From positions 32,001 through 96,000 of the forward strand of contig CAWELD010000003.1 of assembly GCA_963809895.1 (NCBI GenBank): a DNA stretch of 64,000 bases, written 5' to 3'. The notes below the pieces were generated by a model, which was given only the letters and a program-made list of their open reading frames with translations, made no database searches and was not told where the DNA came from. A program made the position numbers and the translations under genes. The DNA is from an uncultured Gemmatimonadales bacterium (GTDB lineage Bacteria > Gemmatimonadota > Gemmatimonadetes > Longimicrobiales > Gaopeijiaceae). Positions 7,749 through 17,957 of the stretch are shown piece by piece (the stretch's first letter is position 1; each line of letters begins with the position of its first letter).

Positions 7749-9875
7749 TCAGTTCTCGGGAAGGGCGTAGGCGATGTACTCGCCCGAGTACGGCCCGCCG
7801 CTCACGGCCACCACGATGTACTGGCGGCCGTCCACCATGTAGGTCATGGGCGAGCCACTCTGGGGCGCGGGCATCCACACGGCGCCCACCTGCTCACCGG
7901 TGGCCTTGTCGTAGGCCCGGAGCATGGCGCCCCGCGGATGGTCCGCGGTGGTGGTGACCTGAGGATCGCCCAGGATCACCAACGTCTTGGTCACCACCAG
8001 CCCCACGCTGCCCCGCTGCCCGGTCTTGGGGATGTCCATCCCCTTCAGGGCAGGGTGATTGCGGACGTTGTCCGGCGTGTCGCCGTGGGGTACCTGCCAG
8101 AGCAGCTCGCCCTGATCCAGGTCGATGGCCGCGAGCAGGCCATAGGGCGGCTTCACGATGGGCAGGCCGTCTACGCTCAGAGACGGCGCCGACCGCCTCG
8201 GCTCATCGGACGGAGGAGGCACGTACGACGGCTCCTTCGGCGCATCGGGGTTGGAGCCGGTGCCCGCCGCCACACGCAGTCGGAAACGCTCGCCCACCAC
8301 GCCGGCCTGATACGCCAGGTCACTGAATCCCTCCGGCGGCGGCGCCACCGACAGCCCCGACACGTAGGAGTTGGCGGCCTGGGCGTAGACGATGTGCGTC
8401 TCCGGATCGTAGCCGCCTCCGGGCCAGTTGGTGCCGCCGCTGGCGTTCCCCACCACGATGGCGCCGGCGATCCCGTCCACGGTGCCCACCACGGGCGGGT
8501 TGTAGATGGGTCCGAGCTTGTAGTGGGACAGGATGTCCAGTGCCTCCGCACGCATCGCCGGCGTGAAGTCGATGACGTCGTCCGGCACCTTCAGGTAGTT
8601 GCGGGCGTAGGCCGCGGGCTTCGTGGGGATGGGCTGCGTGGGTGCGTACCACTCGCCGGGCACGTCGCCGGCGGGCATGGGGGTCTCCTCGATGGGCCAC
8701 ACCGGCTCGCCCGTCACCCGATCGAAGACGTACAGGAAGCTCTGCTTGCTGGGCACCGCCACCGCCTTGATGTCCCGTCCGTCCACGGTGATGTCGGCCA
8801 GGATGGGCGCCGACGACATGTCGTGGTCCCAGATGGCGTGGTGCACGAACTGGAAGTGCCACAGGCGTTCACCGGTATCCAGCTTCACCGCGACCAGGCT
8901 CTCGCCGAACAGGTTGTCGCCGGGGCGCGCGCCGCCGTAGAAGTCCGAGGTCGGCGACTCCACCGGCAGATAGACGATCCCCAGATCCTCGTCCACCGTG
9001 ATCTGGGTCCACACGCCGGTGTTGCCGTTGTTGGCCCACGAGTCGTCGAGCCAGGTGTCGTTGCCGAACTCGCCGGGCCCGGGGATGGTGTTGAAGGTCC
9101 AGACCAGACGCCCGCTGTGGACGTCGTAGGCCCGCACCAGGCCCTTGGAGTTGTTGGACGTCTCGACCGTCATGCCCTCCTTCATGGCCGAGCCCACGAT
9201 CACCATGTCCTTCACCACCGTCGGGGTGGAGTGGAGCCCGATCTCGCCGGTCTCCAGGTCGATCTGCTCGCCGTCGCCCTTGATGACGCCGACCTTCAGG
9301 TCCACCACGCCGTTGTCGCCGAACGCGGGGTCGGGCACACCGGTAGCCGCATCCAGCGAGACCAGCCGGTAGCCCGGCGTCACGTAGATCACGCGGGCGT
9401 TGCCCTGCCCGTCGGTCCAGTACGAGAGCCCGCGTCCGGAGAGCTGGCGCGGCGCGTAGCCGCCCCGGGCGCCCTCGCGCATGCTGTACATCCAGATGAG
9501 CTCGCCGGTCTTGGCGTCCAGGGCGATGGCGGCGCGCCGCGTGCCGGCGGTCGTGTAGAGCACGCCTCCGACCATGAGCGGGGTGCCCTCGAGCTTGTAT
9601 TCGGGGCGGTTGCCCAGGTTGTCGGTCTTGAAGCTCCAGGCCACCTCCAGGTCGTCGAAGTTGCTGGCGTCGATCTGGTCCAGCGGCGAGTAGCGGGTGC
9701 CGCGCACGTCGCCGGTGTAGGAGGGCCACTCGCCGTTGGCGGTGCTGGGCATCCCGGACGCGGTGGCGCCTCCCTCCATCCCTCCGTCGCCGGCGTCGGC
9801 GCAGGCTGCCAGGAGCAGGGATCCCATGGCCAGAAGGGCGGAGGCCTGGATCCTTCGACGTAGCGTTCGCGACAT
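7749..9875 (-). CDS. PQQ-dependent dehydrogenase (quinoprotein glucose dehydrogenase-like), lipoprotein
   Basis: Lipobox LAAC; RYSPLDQI, EGTPLMVGGVLY, Trp-docking repeats, HHAIWDHD, GGTNWPG, PMTYMVDGRQYIV. Confidence 0.88.
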   Translation of the reverse strand: MSRTLRRRIQASALLAMGSLLLAACADAGDGGMEGGATASGMPSTANGEWPSYTGDVRGTRYSPLDQIDASNFDDLEVAWSFKTDNLGNRPEYKLEGTPLMVGGVLYTTAGTRRAAIALDAKTGELIWMYSMREGARGGYAPRQLSGRGLSYWTDGQGNARVIYVTPGYRLVSLDAATGVPDPAFGDNGVVDLKVGVIKGDGEQIDLETGEIGLHSTPTVVKDMVIVGSAMKEGMTVETSNNSKGLVRAYDVHSGRLVWTFNTIPGPGEFGNDTWLDDSWANNGNTGVWTQITVDEDLGIVYLPVESPTSDFYGGARPGDNLFGESLVAVKLDTGERLWHFQFVHHAIWDHDMSSAPILADITVDGRDIKAVAVPSKQSFLYVFDRVTGEPVWPIEETPMPAGDVPGEWYAPTQPIPTKPAAYARNYLKVPDDVIDFTPAMRAEALDILSHYKLGPIYNPPVVGTVDGIAGAIVVGNASGGTNWPGGGYDPETHIVYAQAANSYVSGLSVAPPPEGFSDLAYQAGVVGERFRLRVAAGTGSNPDAPKEPSYVPPPSDEPRRSAPSLSVDGLPIVKPPYGLLAAIDLDQGELLWQVPHGDTPDNVRNHPALKGMDIPKTGQRGSVGLVVTKTLVILGDPQVTTTADHPRGAMLRAYDKATGEQVGAVWMPAPQSGSPMTYMVDGRQYIVVAVSGGPYSGEYIAYALPEN

Positions 9876-9972
9876 GGTCAACTCCGGGTGTGGTGCCGGC
9901 TCCCGCGACATGGACGGGGAAGCCTCGGTGGGTGCAGAGTCTATGGGCTGCCCGGGCCCTCCGGCCAGCGCG

Positions 9973-10995
9973 TCAGTTCCCCCTGGGCACGTACTTCCTC
10001 AGGCGTCGCGGGCCCACTTCGGCGCCGTAGACGGTGCCGTCGGCGCTCACGGCCACGCCTTCGGCGCCGCTGGTGGCGGAGTGGTCCGGGTCGGGCTCGG
10101 GGTCGGGGATGAAGGCGGTCACCACGCCGTCCCGGACGCTGCCGACGCGGATGCCACGCTTCACGCCGGGATTCCGTGCGGTGTTGGATTCCGAGTCCGC
10201 CACGTACATGACGTCGTTGTGGTCGATGAAGATGCCGCTGGGGCGCCCGAACTGGGTCCAGGTGGCCAGGTGGTTGCCGTCCTGGTCGAAGATCTGGATG
10301 CGGCTGTTGGCCCGGTCGCCCACGAAGAGCCGGCCCTGGGAGTCCATGGCCAGCGCATGGGGATCCCGGAACTCGCCGTCGGCGGTGCCGGTGCGTCCCC
10401 ACGCTGTGATGAAGCTGCCGTCGGCGGCCAGCTTGACGATGCGGTTGTTGCCGTCGGCGCCGTGGCCGTCGGCCACGAAGATGGAGCCGTCGGGCGCCAC
10501 CAGCACGTCGGAGGGCTGATTGAAGGTGTCGGGGCCGTCGCCGGCCACGCCGGCCTTGCCCAGGCTGCGGAGCAGGCGCCCGTCGGGGCTGAACTCGTGG
10601 ACCTGGTGTCCCTTGCCCTCGCCCCCCCGGGCGTCGGTGACCCACACGTTGCCGTCGGCGTCCACGAACATCCCATGGGGCCACAGCAGCACGCCGGCGC
10701 CGAAGCTCCGGAGCGCCTCGCCGTCGGGAGAGAAGAGGATGATGGGATCGACGTCGGGCGAGTCCGCGCAACTGTTGGCGCCGCAGCGCTCCGCCACCCA
10801 GATGTCGCCGGTGGGGGTGGTGAAGACCGCGCTGGTGGAGCCCCAACTCCGGCCACCGGGCAGGTGCGCCCAGTCGTCGATGGCCCGGTACGGATTGTCC
10901 TGGGCGGCGGCGTTCGCCGGGGCCAGGGCCGAGGCGGTGGCCGCCGCGGCCAGCGCGAGCACGAGACCGAGGGCCTGTCGATCCGGAAGGGGCAT
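9973..10995 (-). CDS. NHL-repeat beta-propeller, peptidyl-alpha-hydroxyglycine alpha-amidating lyase (PAL)-like; own SD, ATG and signal peptide, but in frame with upstream HupE/UreJ
   Basis: AAGGAG SD then ATG 10995; signal peptide ending AAA-Q; WPHGMFVD, FNQPSDV, FRDPHALAMD, DRANSRIQ. Confidence 0.8.
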   Translation of the reverse strand: MPLPDRQALGLVLALAAAATASALAPANAAAQDNPYRAIDDWAHLPGGRSWGSTSAVFTTPTGDIWVAERCGANSCADSPDVDPIILFSPDGEALRSFGAGVLLWPHGMFVDADGNVWVTDARGGEGKGHQVHEFSPDGRLLRSLGKAGVAGDGPDTFNQPSDVLVAPDGSIFVADGHGADGNNRIVKLAADGSFITAWGRTGTADGEFRDPHALAMDSQGRLFVGDRANSRIQIFDQDGNHLATWTQFGRPSGIFIDHNDVMYVADSESNTARNPGVKRGIRVGSVRDGVVTAFIPDPEPDPDHSATSGAEGVAVSADGTVYGAEVGPRRLRKYVPRGN

Positions 10996-12312
10996 GTCGG
11001 TGTCTCCTTGGGGGGATGCGAAGCGGCGTAGCGCCAGCCAGCCACCGCCGGCGATCAGCGCGGCGAGGGCCAGCGCGCCCGCTCCTGCGGACAGGGTCGC
11101 CCACGGCAGGTCGTACTGGAGCAGGATCTGGCCCCGCGCCGTCATCCAGTGCCACGCCGTGTGGGCCACCAGCGCCGACAGGATGATGCTCCCCACGCGG
11201 GCCTCCACCACGAAACGGAAGAGGAGCGCCAGCGCCGGGATCAGCGCGGACAGCACCAGGAGCTGGCCCAGCTCCACGCCCAGGTTGAACGACAGGAGCG
11301 AGGTCAGGAGGTGGCCACCGGCGAACTGGAGCGTCTCGCGCAGGGCGAAGGAGAACCCGAAGCCGTGCACGAGACCGAAGCCGAAGGCGTAGATCCAGCG
11401 GCGCTCCAGCTTGGCGCCGGCGATGTTCTCCAGCGCCATGAAAACGATGGAGGCGGCGATGAGGGTCTCCACCAGCGGTGGGAACCAGAGTCCCGACGGC
11501 GCCAGCCCGTACGCCGACGCGGCCAGCGTGACGGAGTGGGCCACCGTGAAGGCGGTCACCACCGAGACCAACGAGCGCAGCCGCCGCACGGGAATCACCA
11601 GGCACAGCAGGAAGAGCAGGTGGTCGAGGCCGTGCAGGATGTGATCGAAGCCCAGCGCGACGAAGCGAAGGGCCGCCTGGTACCAGTGCGGGTCCAGGCG
11701 CACGATCCCCGGGTCGCCCACGTACTCGTAGGCACGCTCTGGACCGTCGGCGGGCACGAAACGCAGCACCGTCACGACGCGGAGGCCCAGGCGGGCCAGG
11801 GCCGGCCGCACGGAGAAGTCCGAGGCGTCGGAGGTGATGGGGTACTCGAGGAGCACGTCCATCATGGCCTGACGCCAGTAGAGGTTGGTGCTTTCGGTGA
11901 GCGGCGGCGCGTCCATGTGGGTCAGCGCGCTCCGGAACGCGCCGAAGGAGCGGTCCGAGGGCAGCGACACGCGCACGGCGGACACCTCACCGGCGGGAAG
12001 CCGCCGGCCGTCCTCGTAGACCGCCATCTCGTTGGCGAGCCAGACCGTGGCCGCGGTCTTCAGCTCGGGACCGGCCTGGGGGATCTCCAGGTAGCCCGGT
12101 CCCCGCAGCGGCAGCTCCACGTCCCGCATGGCTTCCAGGGGCACCCTCATGAGCACCTGGAGCCGGTCGTGGTCGGGGTGCACGAAGGCCCGGACCAGGA
12201 CATCCACCGGGATGTCGTGGGGCGGCGGAGGCCCGGACAGCGCGCTGGCAGGCAGGAGGAGCCCCGCACCCACCAGGCACGCGCCGAAAACAGCCAACTT
12301 CGTACGCCGCAC
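9973..12312 (-). CDS. HupE/UreJ-family membrane protein with N-terminal periplasmic domain, reading through into the NHL domain
   Basis: GGAGGA SD then GTG 12312; GFDHILHGLDHLLFL, FTVAHSVT, FGLVHGFGF, FNLGVELGQ; no stop before the NHL ATG at 10995. Confidence 0.8.
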   Translation of the reverse strand: MRRTKLAVFGACLVGAGLLLPASALSGPPPPHDIPVDVLVRAFVHPDHDRLQVLMRVPLEAMRDVELPLRGPGYLEIPQAGPELKTAATVWLANEMAVYEDGRRLPAGEVSAVRVSLPSDRSFGAFRSALTHMDAPPLTESTNLYWRQAMMDVLLEYPITSDASDFSVRPALARLGLRVVTVLRFVPADGPERAYEYVGDPGIVRLDPHWYQAALRFVALGFDHILHGLDHLLFLLCLVIPVRRLRSLVSVVTAFTVAHSVTLAASAYGLAPSGLWFPPLVETLIAASIVFMALENIAGAKLERRWIYAFGFGLVHGFGFSFALRETLQFAGGHLLTSLLSFNLGVELGQLLVLSALIPALALLFRFVVEARVGSIILSALVAHTAWHWMTARGQILLQYDLPWATLSAGAGALALAALIAGGGWLALRRFASPQGDTDMPLPDRQALGLVLALAAAATASALAPANAAAQDNPYRAIDDWAHLPGGRSWGSTSAVFTTPTGDIWVAERCGANSCADSPDVDPIILFSPDGEALRSFGAGVLLWPHGMFVDADGNVWVTDARGGEGKGHQVHEFSPDGRLLRSLGKAGVAGDGPDTFNQPSDVLVAPDGSIFVADGHGADGNNRIVKLAADGSFITAWGRTGTADGEFRDPHALAMDSQGRLFVGDRANSRIQIFDQDGNHLATWTQFGRPSGIFIDHNDVMYVADSESNTARNPGVKRGIRVGSVRDGVVTAFIPDPEPDPDHSATSGAEGVAVSADGTVYGAEVGPRRLRKYVPRGN

Positions 12313-12522
12313 GAATCCTCCTGCCGGGAGAGGGGGTGCCGGCAACGGCCGGCCCGGGCACCAGAAGGGTCACGAGGAGGCCAATATACACCTCGTCGCC
12401 GGACGTGCGACCGCCGCCCGCTTTCGGGGGCCGCGGTGCTCGACCTATACTCCCCGCCGCCACGGTGTCCCTCCGTTCCGCCGGTGGGCACTCCGACGTC
12501 CCTCCCCGTCGCGAGGTCGAGC

Positions 12523-13729
12523 ATGAAGCGGATGCCCGCATCGGTCCTGTGCCTGGTCCTGGCCGCCTTCGCCACGTCCTGCGGCGGTGCGCCACCTGAC
12601 GGTCGCCGGCGCCATGGAGGACGGTGCGCAGGCGACGGCCCAGGATGCTACCATGGCGCCCACGTTCGAGGTGGATCCGCTGTGGCCCAAGCCGCTGCCC
12701 AACCACTGGGTGTTGGGCTCGGTGATCGGGGTGTCGGTGGACTCCAGGGATCACGTCTGGATCATCCACCGCCAGGGATCCCTCAATGCCCGGACCGAGA
12801 TCGGTGCGGCCGCCGATCCACCCACGGGTGAGTGCTGCGTACCGGCGCCCAACATCCTGGAGTTCGATCCCGAGGGGAACCTGGTGCAGGCGTGGGGCGG
12901 GCCCGGCGAGGGCTACGACTGGCCCACCTCGAACCACGGCATCACCGTGGATCCCATGGACAACGTCTGGATCGGGGGCAACGGGCCGCAGGATGCCCAC
13001 ATCCTGAAGTTCGCCCGCGACGGCACCTTCCTCATGCAGCTGGGCAAGCCGGGCCAGAGCTCGGGGAGCAACGACACCATCAACTTCGGGCGGGTCGCCA
13101 AGATCGCCTTCGATGCCGAGGCCCACGAGGCCTACGTGGCCGACGGCTACGGCAACAAGCGCGTGGTGGTGCTGGACATGGACACCGGGGCCTTCAAGCG
13201 CTACTGGGGGGCGTACGGCAACCGACCCGACGACGCCAACCTGGGGCCCTACGATCCCTCCGCGCCTCCTGCGCAGCAGTTCCGGAATCCCGTGCACTGC
13301 GCCATGCCCTCCGACGACGGGCTGCTCTACGTGTGCGACCGCCCCAACGACCGCATCCAGGTCTTCCAGAAGGACGGTACCTTCGTGCAGGAGATGTTCG
13401 TGGCTCCCGAGACCCTGGGCGACGGCTCCACCTGGGACATCGCCTTCTCCCGGGATCCCGAGCAGACCTACATCTACCTGGCCGACGGCAAGAACGAGAA
13501 GGTCTACGTCATCCTGCGGAGCGAGATGAAGATCCTCACGAGCTTCGGCGACGGCGGACGCCAGCCCGGGCAGTTCTTCGCCGTGCACAGCATCGCCACC
13601 GACTCGAAGGGCAACATCTACACCACCGAGACCTACGAGGGGAAGCGGCTCCAGAAGTTCGTCTACAAGGGTATGGGCCCGGTCACGGCCGAGAACCAGG
13701 GCGTCGTGTGGCCGGAGGGGGCGCGCTGA
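12523..13729 (+). CDS. NHL-repeat PAL-like lipoprotein, apparent frameshift near 12595
   Basis: MKRMPASVLCLVLAAFATSC lipoprotein signal in one frame; FEVDPLWPKPLP, SNHGI, ADGYGNKR, VHC, CDRPNDRIQ, AVHSI in the next frame. Confidence 0.8.
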
Positions 13730-13733
13730 CGAC

Positions 13734-15107
13734 TCAGCCGACGGGCACCTCGGGGGTGTCGATGAGTGACACCGCCTCGTCGATCTCCGCCTGGGTGAGC
13801 TCGTGCCGCTCGAGCTTGCCGGCGAAGTAGTCCTGGTAGGCCGACATGTCGAAGTGGCCGTGGCCGCACAGGTTGAAGAGGATCGTGCGAGCCTTGCCCT
13901 CCTCCTTGGCCCGCTCCGCCTCGCGGATGGCGCTGGCGATGGCGTGGTTGGCCTCGGGCGCCGGGATGATCCCCTCGGCCCGAGCGAAGCTCACGCCCGC
14001 TTCGAAGCTCTCGAGCTGATCCACCGCCTCCGCGTCCATGAGTCCGTCCTTGAGGAGCTGGCTCACGATGACCCCGGCGCCGTGATAGCGGAGACCGCCG
14101 GCGTGGATCTTGGCCGGGACGAAGGTGTGGCCCAGCGTGTACATGGGCAGGAGCGGCGTCATGCCCACCGTGTCGCCGAAGTCGTAGCGGAACACGCCCC
14201 GGGTGAGCTTGGGACACGACGTGGGCTCGCTGGCGAGGCACCGGATCGAGGCGCCCTCGGTCAGGTTCAGGCGCAGGAACGGGAAGGCCAGCCCCGCGAA
14301 GTTGGAGCCGCCGCCGAAGGGCGCGATCACCACGTCGGGGCGTTCTCCGGCCATCTCCATCTGGACGAGCGCCTCTTGCCCGATCACCGTCTGGTGCAGG
14401 AGCACGTGGTTCAGCACGCTGCCCAGGGAGTACTTGGTGCCGTCGTCGGTGGCCGCGGCTTCCACGGCCTCCGAGATGGCGATGCCGAGGCTGCCGGGAG
14501 AGTCCGGATGCTCCGCCAGGATCTTCCGGCCCGCTTCGGTCTCGTCGCTGGGTGATGCCACCACGTCGGCGCCCCAGGTGTTCATCATCAGCTTGCGATA
14601 GGGCTTCTGCTCGTAGCTGATCTTCACCATGAACACCCGGCACTGGATGTCGAAGAGCTGGCAGGCCAGCGCCAGCGCGCTCCCCCACTGTCCGGCGCCG
14701 GTCTCGGTGGTGATGCGCTTTACGCCCTCGCGGGCGTTGTAGAAGGCCTGCGCCACCGCGGTGTTGGGCTTGTGCGAGCCCGCCGGGCTCACGCCTTCGT
14801 ACTTGTAGTAGATGTGGGCGGGGGTATCGAGGAGCTTCTCCAGGCGGCGGGCCCGGTAGAGCGGGGTGGGCCGCCACAGCTTGTAGACGTCCCGGACCTC
14901 TTCCGGGATCTCCACCCAGGGCTCGGCGCTCACCTCCTGCTGGATGAGTCCCATGGGAAAGAGGGGCGCCAGGGCCTCGGGGCCGATGGGCTCGCGAGTC
15001 GCCGGGTTCAGGGGCGGCGCCGGCTTGTTCGGCATGTCCGCCACGATGTTGTACCAGCGCTCGGGGATGTCCTTCTCGTCCAGCAGGTACTTCGTCCTTC
15101 CGCTCAT
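13734..15107 (-). CDS. trpB2: TrpB-like PLP enzyme (tryptophan synthase beta, type 2)
   Basis: [17 protein letters not shown] (PLP Lys), [30 protein letters not shown]. Confidence 0.92.
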   Translation of the reverse strand: MSGRTKYLLDEKDIPERWYNIVADMPNKPAPPLNPATREPIGPEALAPLFPMGLIQQEVSAEPWVEIPEEVRDVYKLWRPTPLYRARRLEKLLDTPAHIYYKYEGVSPAGSHKPNTAVAQAFYNAREGVKRITTETGAGQWGSALALACQLFDIQCRVFMVKISYEQKPYRKLMMNTWGADVVASPSDETEAGRKILAEHPDSPGSLGIAISEAVEAAATDDGTKYSLGSVLNHVLLHQTVIGQEALVQMEMAGERPDVVIAPFGGGSNFAGLAFPFLRLNLTEGASIRCLASEPTSCPKLTRGVFRYDFGDTVGMTPLLPMYTLGHTFVPAKIHAGGLRYHGAGVIVSQLLKDGLMDAEAVDQLESFEAGVSFARAEGIIPAPEANHAIASAIREAERAKEEGKARTILFNLCGHGHFDMSAYQDYFAGKLERHELTQAEIDEAVSLIDTPEVPVG

Positions 15108-15334
15108 GTCGGTGGGCTTCCGTCACGGGGTGTCGTGGACGCCCGTGGGGCGTCGTCGTGCGGGGGGATTGATGCCGCTTCGGAGTGCCGCCGTCAAATC
15201 CGCCAGGCCGAATTCCCGGGTTCGCGGCAAGAGCGTAATGCCCCCGTTCCGGCGCCGTATTGGCACTGGACCACATCGAGACGTGGTCGGACCCGAGCGG
15301 ACCCTCCCGTTCGATGGCGCCATGGTGAGGCCTC

Positions 15335-16441
15335 ATGCGTAGCGGACGAAAGTGGTTGGGAAGCGCGGGACGGGTATTGCTCGCGACTGCGGCGCTGACC
15401 GCATGTGACAGTCCGACCGAGCCGGGTGTGACCGTTTTCGCCGATGGCGAGGGCTACGGGTTTCCTCAGCTGGACGAGGGCGACTTCATCGTCCAGTTCG
15501 CGTTCCAGCCCGACGAGACGCTCTGGGTTCGAACGCTCGGGGGTGCATTGATCCGGGTCGTGGACGGCACGTCGACCTACCACGCCGAGTCCATGCTCGG
15601 GGGTGACAAGGCCACCGACCTGTTCCGAGCCCCCGACGGGAGGCTCTGGATCGCCTTCGAGGACGGCTACGGAGTTCTGGACGGCACGCACTGGACCTGG
15701 TGGAATGCACCCGCCGAGAAGCTGCCCGGCACCGCGATTCGACAGATCGCCGTGAACGGAGCGGGTGAGGTGCTCATGGCCGCGGGTCACGCCGACGCCG
15801 GCGGATTGCTCTTTCTCCGCGGGGGAGTCTGGTCCTCGTTGACGCCGGACAACTCGGCGCTGCCCAGCTCTGTCACGCACGAAATCGAGCCCGACGGCAA
15901 CGGCGATTTCTGGGTCGCTCAACCGACCGTGGTCGACCATCACGGAGGCCTCAGCCGGATCTCGGCAGGCCAGGTGACAGACGTTCTCTCGAAGGACTCC
16001 GGCCTGCTGTATGACTGGGCAGACGCGCTGGAGGTCGTCGGAAACCGGCTCTACATCGGCTTTGAGGTCTTTCCCATCAATCGGACGACGCCCGACGGTG
16101 CGTTTCCCGATGGAGGGCTCCAGATCCTCTCCACCTCCGACGGCGACCTGCAATCGAGGTTCCCGTTCGAAACGGGAATCACGTCGAATCGGATCGTCTC
16201 GATGGTCTACGCAGGGGGATTCCTCTGGTTCACCACCGGACTGGACGAGGCCCGTCCGGGATGTGAGACGTGCTTCTCGGGCATCGGTCGCCTGGCCCCG
16301 GACGGGACGTTCGAGGTCCGATCCGCCCTCACCACCGACGACCTCGAGCCCAACGAGTTCCTGCCCTGGATCGACACGAGTCCTTCCGGCGGAGTCTACG
16401 TCATCGTCGACGGGCGCCGGATCGAGCGCGTGCGCTTCTAG
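15335..16441 (+). CDS. Lipoprotein beta-propeller (two-component sensor propeller-like repeats)
   Basis: Lipobox LTAC; DGRLWIA, TPDNSALPSS, DGNGDFWVA, KDSGLL repeats. Confidence 0.7.
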   Translation: MRSGRKWLGSAGRVLLATAALTACDSPTEPGVTVFADGEGYGFPQLDEGDFIVQFAFQPDETLWVRTLGGALIRVVDGTSTYHAESMLGGDKATDLFRAPDGRLWIAFEDGYGVLDGTHWTWWNAPAEKLPGTAIRQIAVNGAGEVLMAAGHADAGGLLFLRGGVWSSLTPDNSALPSSVTHEIEPDGNGDFWVAQPTVVDHHGGLSRISAGQVTDVLSKDSGLLYDWADALEVVGNRLYIGFEVFPINRTTPDGAFPDGGLQILSTSDGDLQSRFPFETGITSNRIVSMVYAGGFLWFTTGLDEARPGCETCFSGIGRLAPDGTFEVRSALTTDDLEPNEFLPWIDTSPSGGVYVIVDGRRIERVRF

Positions 16442-17862
16442 GGACTTCCTCCCCCGTCCGGCTCCACCGGGGGCACGCTCAATCCCCGGGCCGTTCCCAT
16501 GCTCGCTACGGCCCAGCCGCGCCGGCGGGCGTGCGCCAGGACCAGCGCCTCGTCCAGCGGCGACATCACGTCCGGGGCGTAGAGCCATCGCAGCGAGGGG
16601 ACCCACGCCAGCAGCGCTCCCGGCGCGTCCGGGAGGTCCACCGGCTCCAGACGCACGGAGTCGGCGCCCACCCGTAGCCAGCGCCCGTCGGCCACGGGGC
16701 TGACGCCGGCCCACGACACGTGGTGCCCCCGCAGGATGGCGTAGGCGAAGGGCTCGGCGCCGGGACCCACGTAGGCCGGGATCCCGTGGGCGGCCAGTCC
16801 CGCCACGCCTCCGTTGCCGGTGCGCACCGGTGCCACGAGCGCACCCGCCACGGGAGCCGGATCTTCGGCGGCCAACGCGGTCAGTGCGCGGTCCAGGTTG
16901 AGCGGGGCCTGGCCGGTCTCGAGGAGGAGCCACGAGCCGCCGACCCGAACGGCGCCTCGCGGGGCCCCGATGCCGTGGAACTGCAGGAGCCCTGGGCTCG
17001 GCCGCGTGATGGAGTCCACGGGCACGTCGTGCATAGCCCGGTTTTCCGTGCGGAAGAATGCACGCCGGAGCGAATCTGAGACGGCGAAGGAGTCGGCGGG
17101 TGCCACCGCATCGAGATCGGCCGACAGGACGCTCATGCGCTTGTAGGGGCGTCCGACCCGCCAGACGTCCCACTGCGTGGGGAGCATGACCCCACCTGGA
17201 AAGGCTCGCCAACTGGCGTACCAGACCTCCACGTCCATCTCGCCCCAGGGGGCCAGACCGTAGTCCAGCGGCTGCGCGGCCCTGAACCGGACCAGGGTCG
17301 GGAGGCCGTCGCCCCGGCGGAAGTAGACGGTGGTGGGTCGGCCGTCGAGGGTGGCCCGCACTCGTGCGTGTCGAAGGCCCGACATGACGGTGTCGCCGAC
17401 CGTGCGCAGGTCGGTGGCACCGGCGAGCTCCAGGACGAGCCGATCGGGGGAGTAGGCGAAGTGCTCGCGACGCTCGTCGACGTAGGCGGCGCTCAGCGGT
17501 GCGAAGCCCTCACCGAAGTCGCGGATGGCGACGCTGTCGCGCACCACGTCCACCGCCGTTCGGCTCCCGAATTGACGCGTGTTGCGCCAGGCGGGGATCG
17601 AGTAGTCCCGGAGCTCGGTGTGGCGCTCGTACGAGGGGCGATCCTGTCCGGGACGATCATCGAAGCCCGTGCGCTGCCACTGGGTCAGCATCTCCAGACG
17701 CACCCGCCGGACGTCGCGCAGGGCCGGGCCCCCCATGCGTGCAATCGCCGTGTCCACCACCGCCAGGGCGGCGCCATTGCGCACCACCGTCTGGCTCCGC
17801 GCCGGCCCGGCCGCCGTCGTCAGGATCATCACCGCCGTGAACCTCCGGCACCACCGCTTCAT
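16438..17862 (-). CDS. Exported protein with degenerate C-terminal metallo-beta-lactamase-like domain
   Basis: GGGAGG SD then ATG 17862; signal peptide; MBL-like WLLLETG and LLAWVPSLRWLYAPD but no HxHxDH. Confidence 0.6.
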   Translation of the reverse strand: MKRWCRRFTAVMILTTAAGPARSQTVVRNGAALAVVDTAIARMGGPALRDVRRVRLEMLTQWQRTGFDDRPGQDRPSYERHTELRDYSIPAWRNTRQFGSRTAVDVVRDSVAIRDFGEGFAPLSAAYVDERREHFAYSPDRLVLELAGATDLRTVGDTVMSGLRHARVRATLDGRPTTVYFRRGDGLPTLVRFRAAQPLDYGLAPWGEMDVEVWYASWRAFPGGVMLPTQWDVWRVGRPYKRMSVLSADLDAVAPADSFAVSDSLRRAFFRTENRAMHDVPVDSITRPSPGLLQFHGIGAPRGAVRVGGSWLLLETGQAPLNLDRALTALAAEDPAPVAGALVAPVRTGNGGVAGLAAHGIPAYVGPGAEPFAYAILRGHHVSWAGVSPVADGRWLRVGADSVRLEPVDLPDAPGALLAWVPSLRWLYAPDVMSPLDEALVLAHARRRGWAVASMGTARGLSVPPVEPDGGGSP

Positions 17863-17957
17863 CGTCGCCTCCCGTCCGGGTCCATTTCCGTGAACCTGAA
17901 GGCGGCATGGCTGGCGTGGTATCGGCCAAACGGTTGAACGGCGCCCGGGCGCCCCCC

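Noticed and set aside
7749..9875. Lanthanide-dependent XoxF/ExaF-type alcohol dehydrogenase
   Set aside because: No vicinal Cys-Cys; motifs fit the glucose-dehydrogenase-like branch; metal cannot be assigned by eye
15108..15334. Riboswitch, T-box or Trp attenuator upstream of trpB2
   Set aside because: No recognisable consensus and no Trp-rich leader peptide; only a weak TTGACG promoter-like motif
16438..16441. Convergent genes sharing CTAG stop codons
   Set aside because: Common compact arrangement with no further signal
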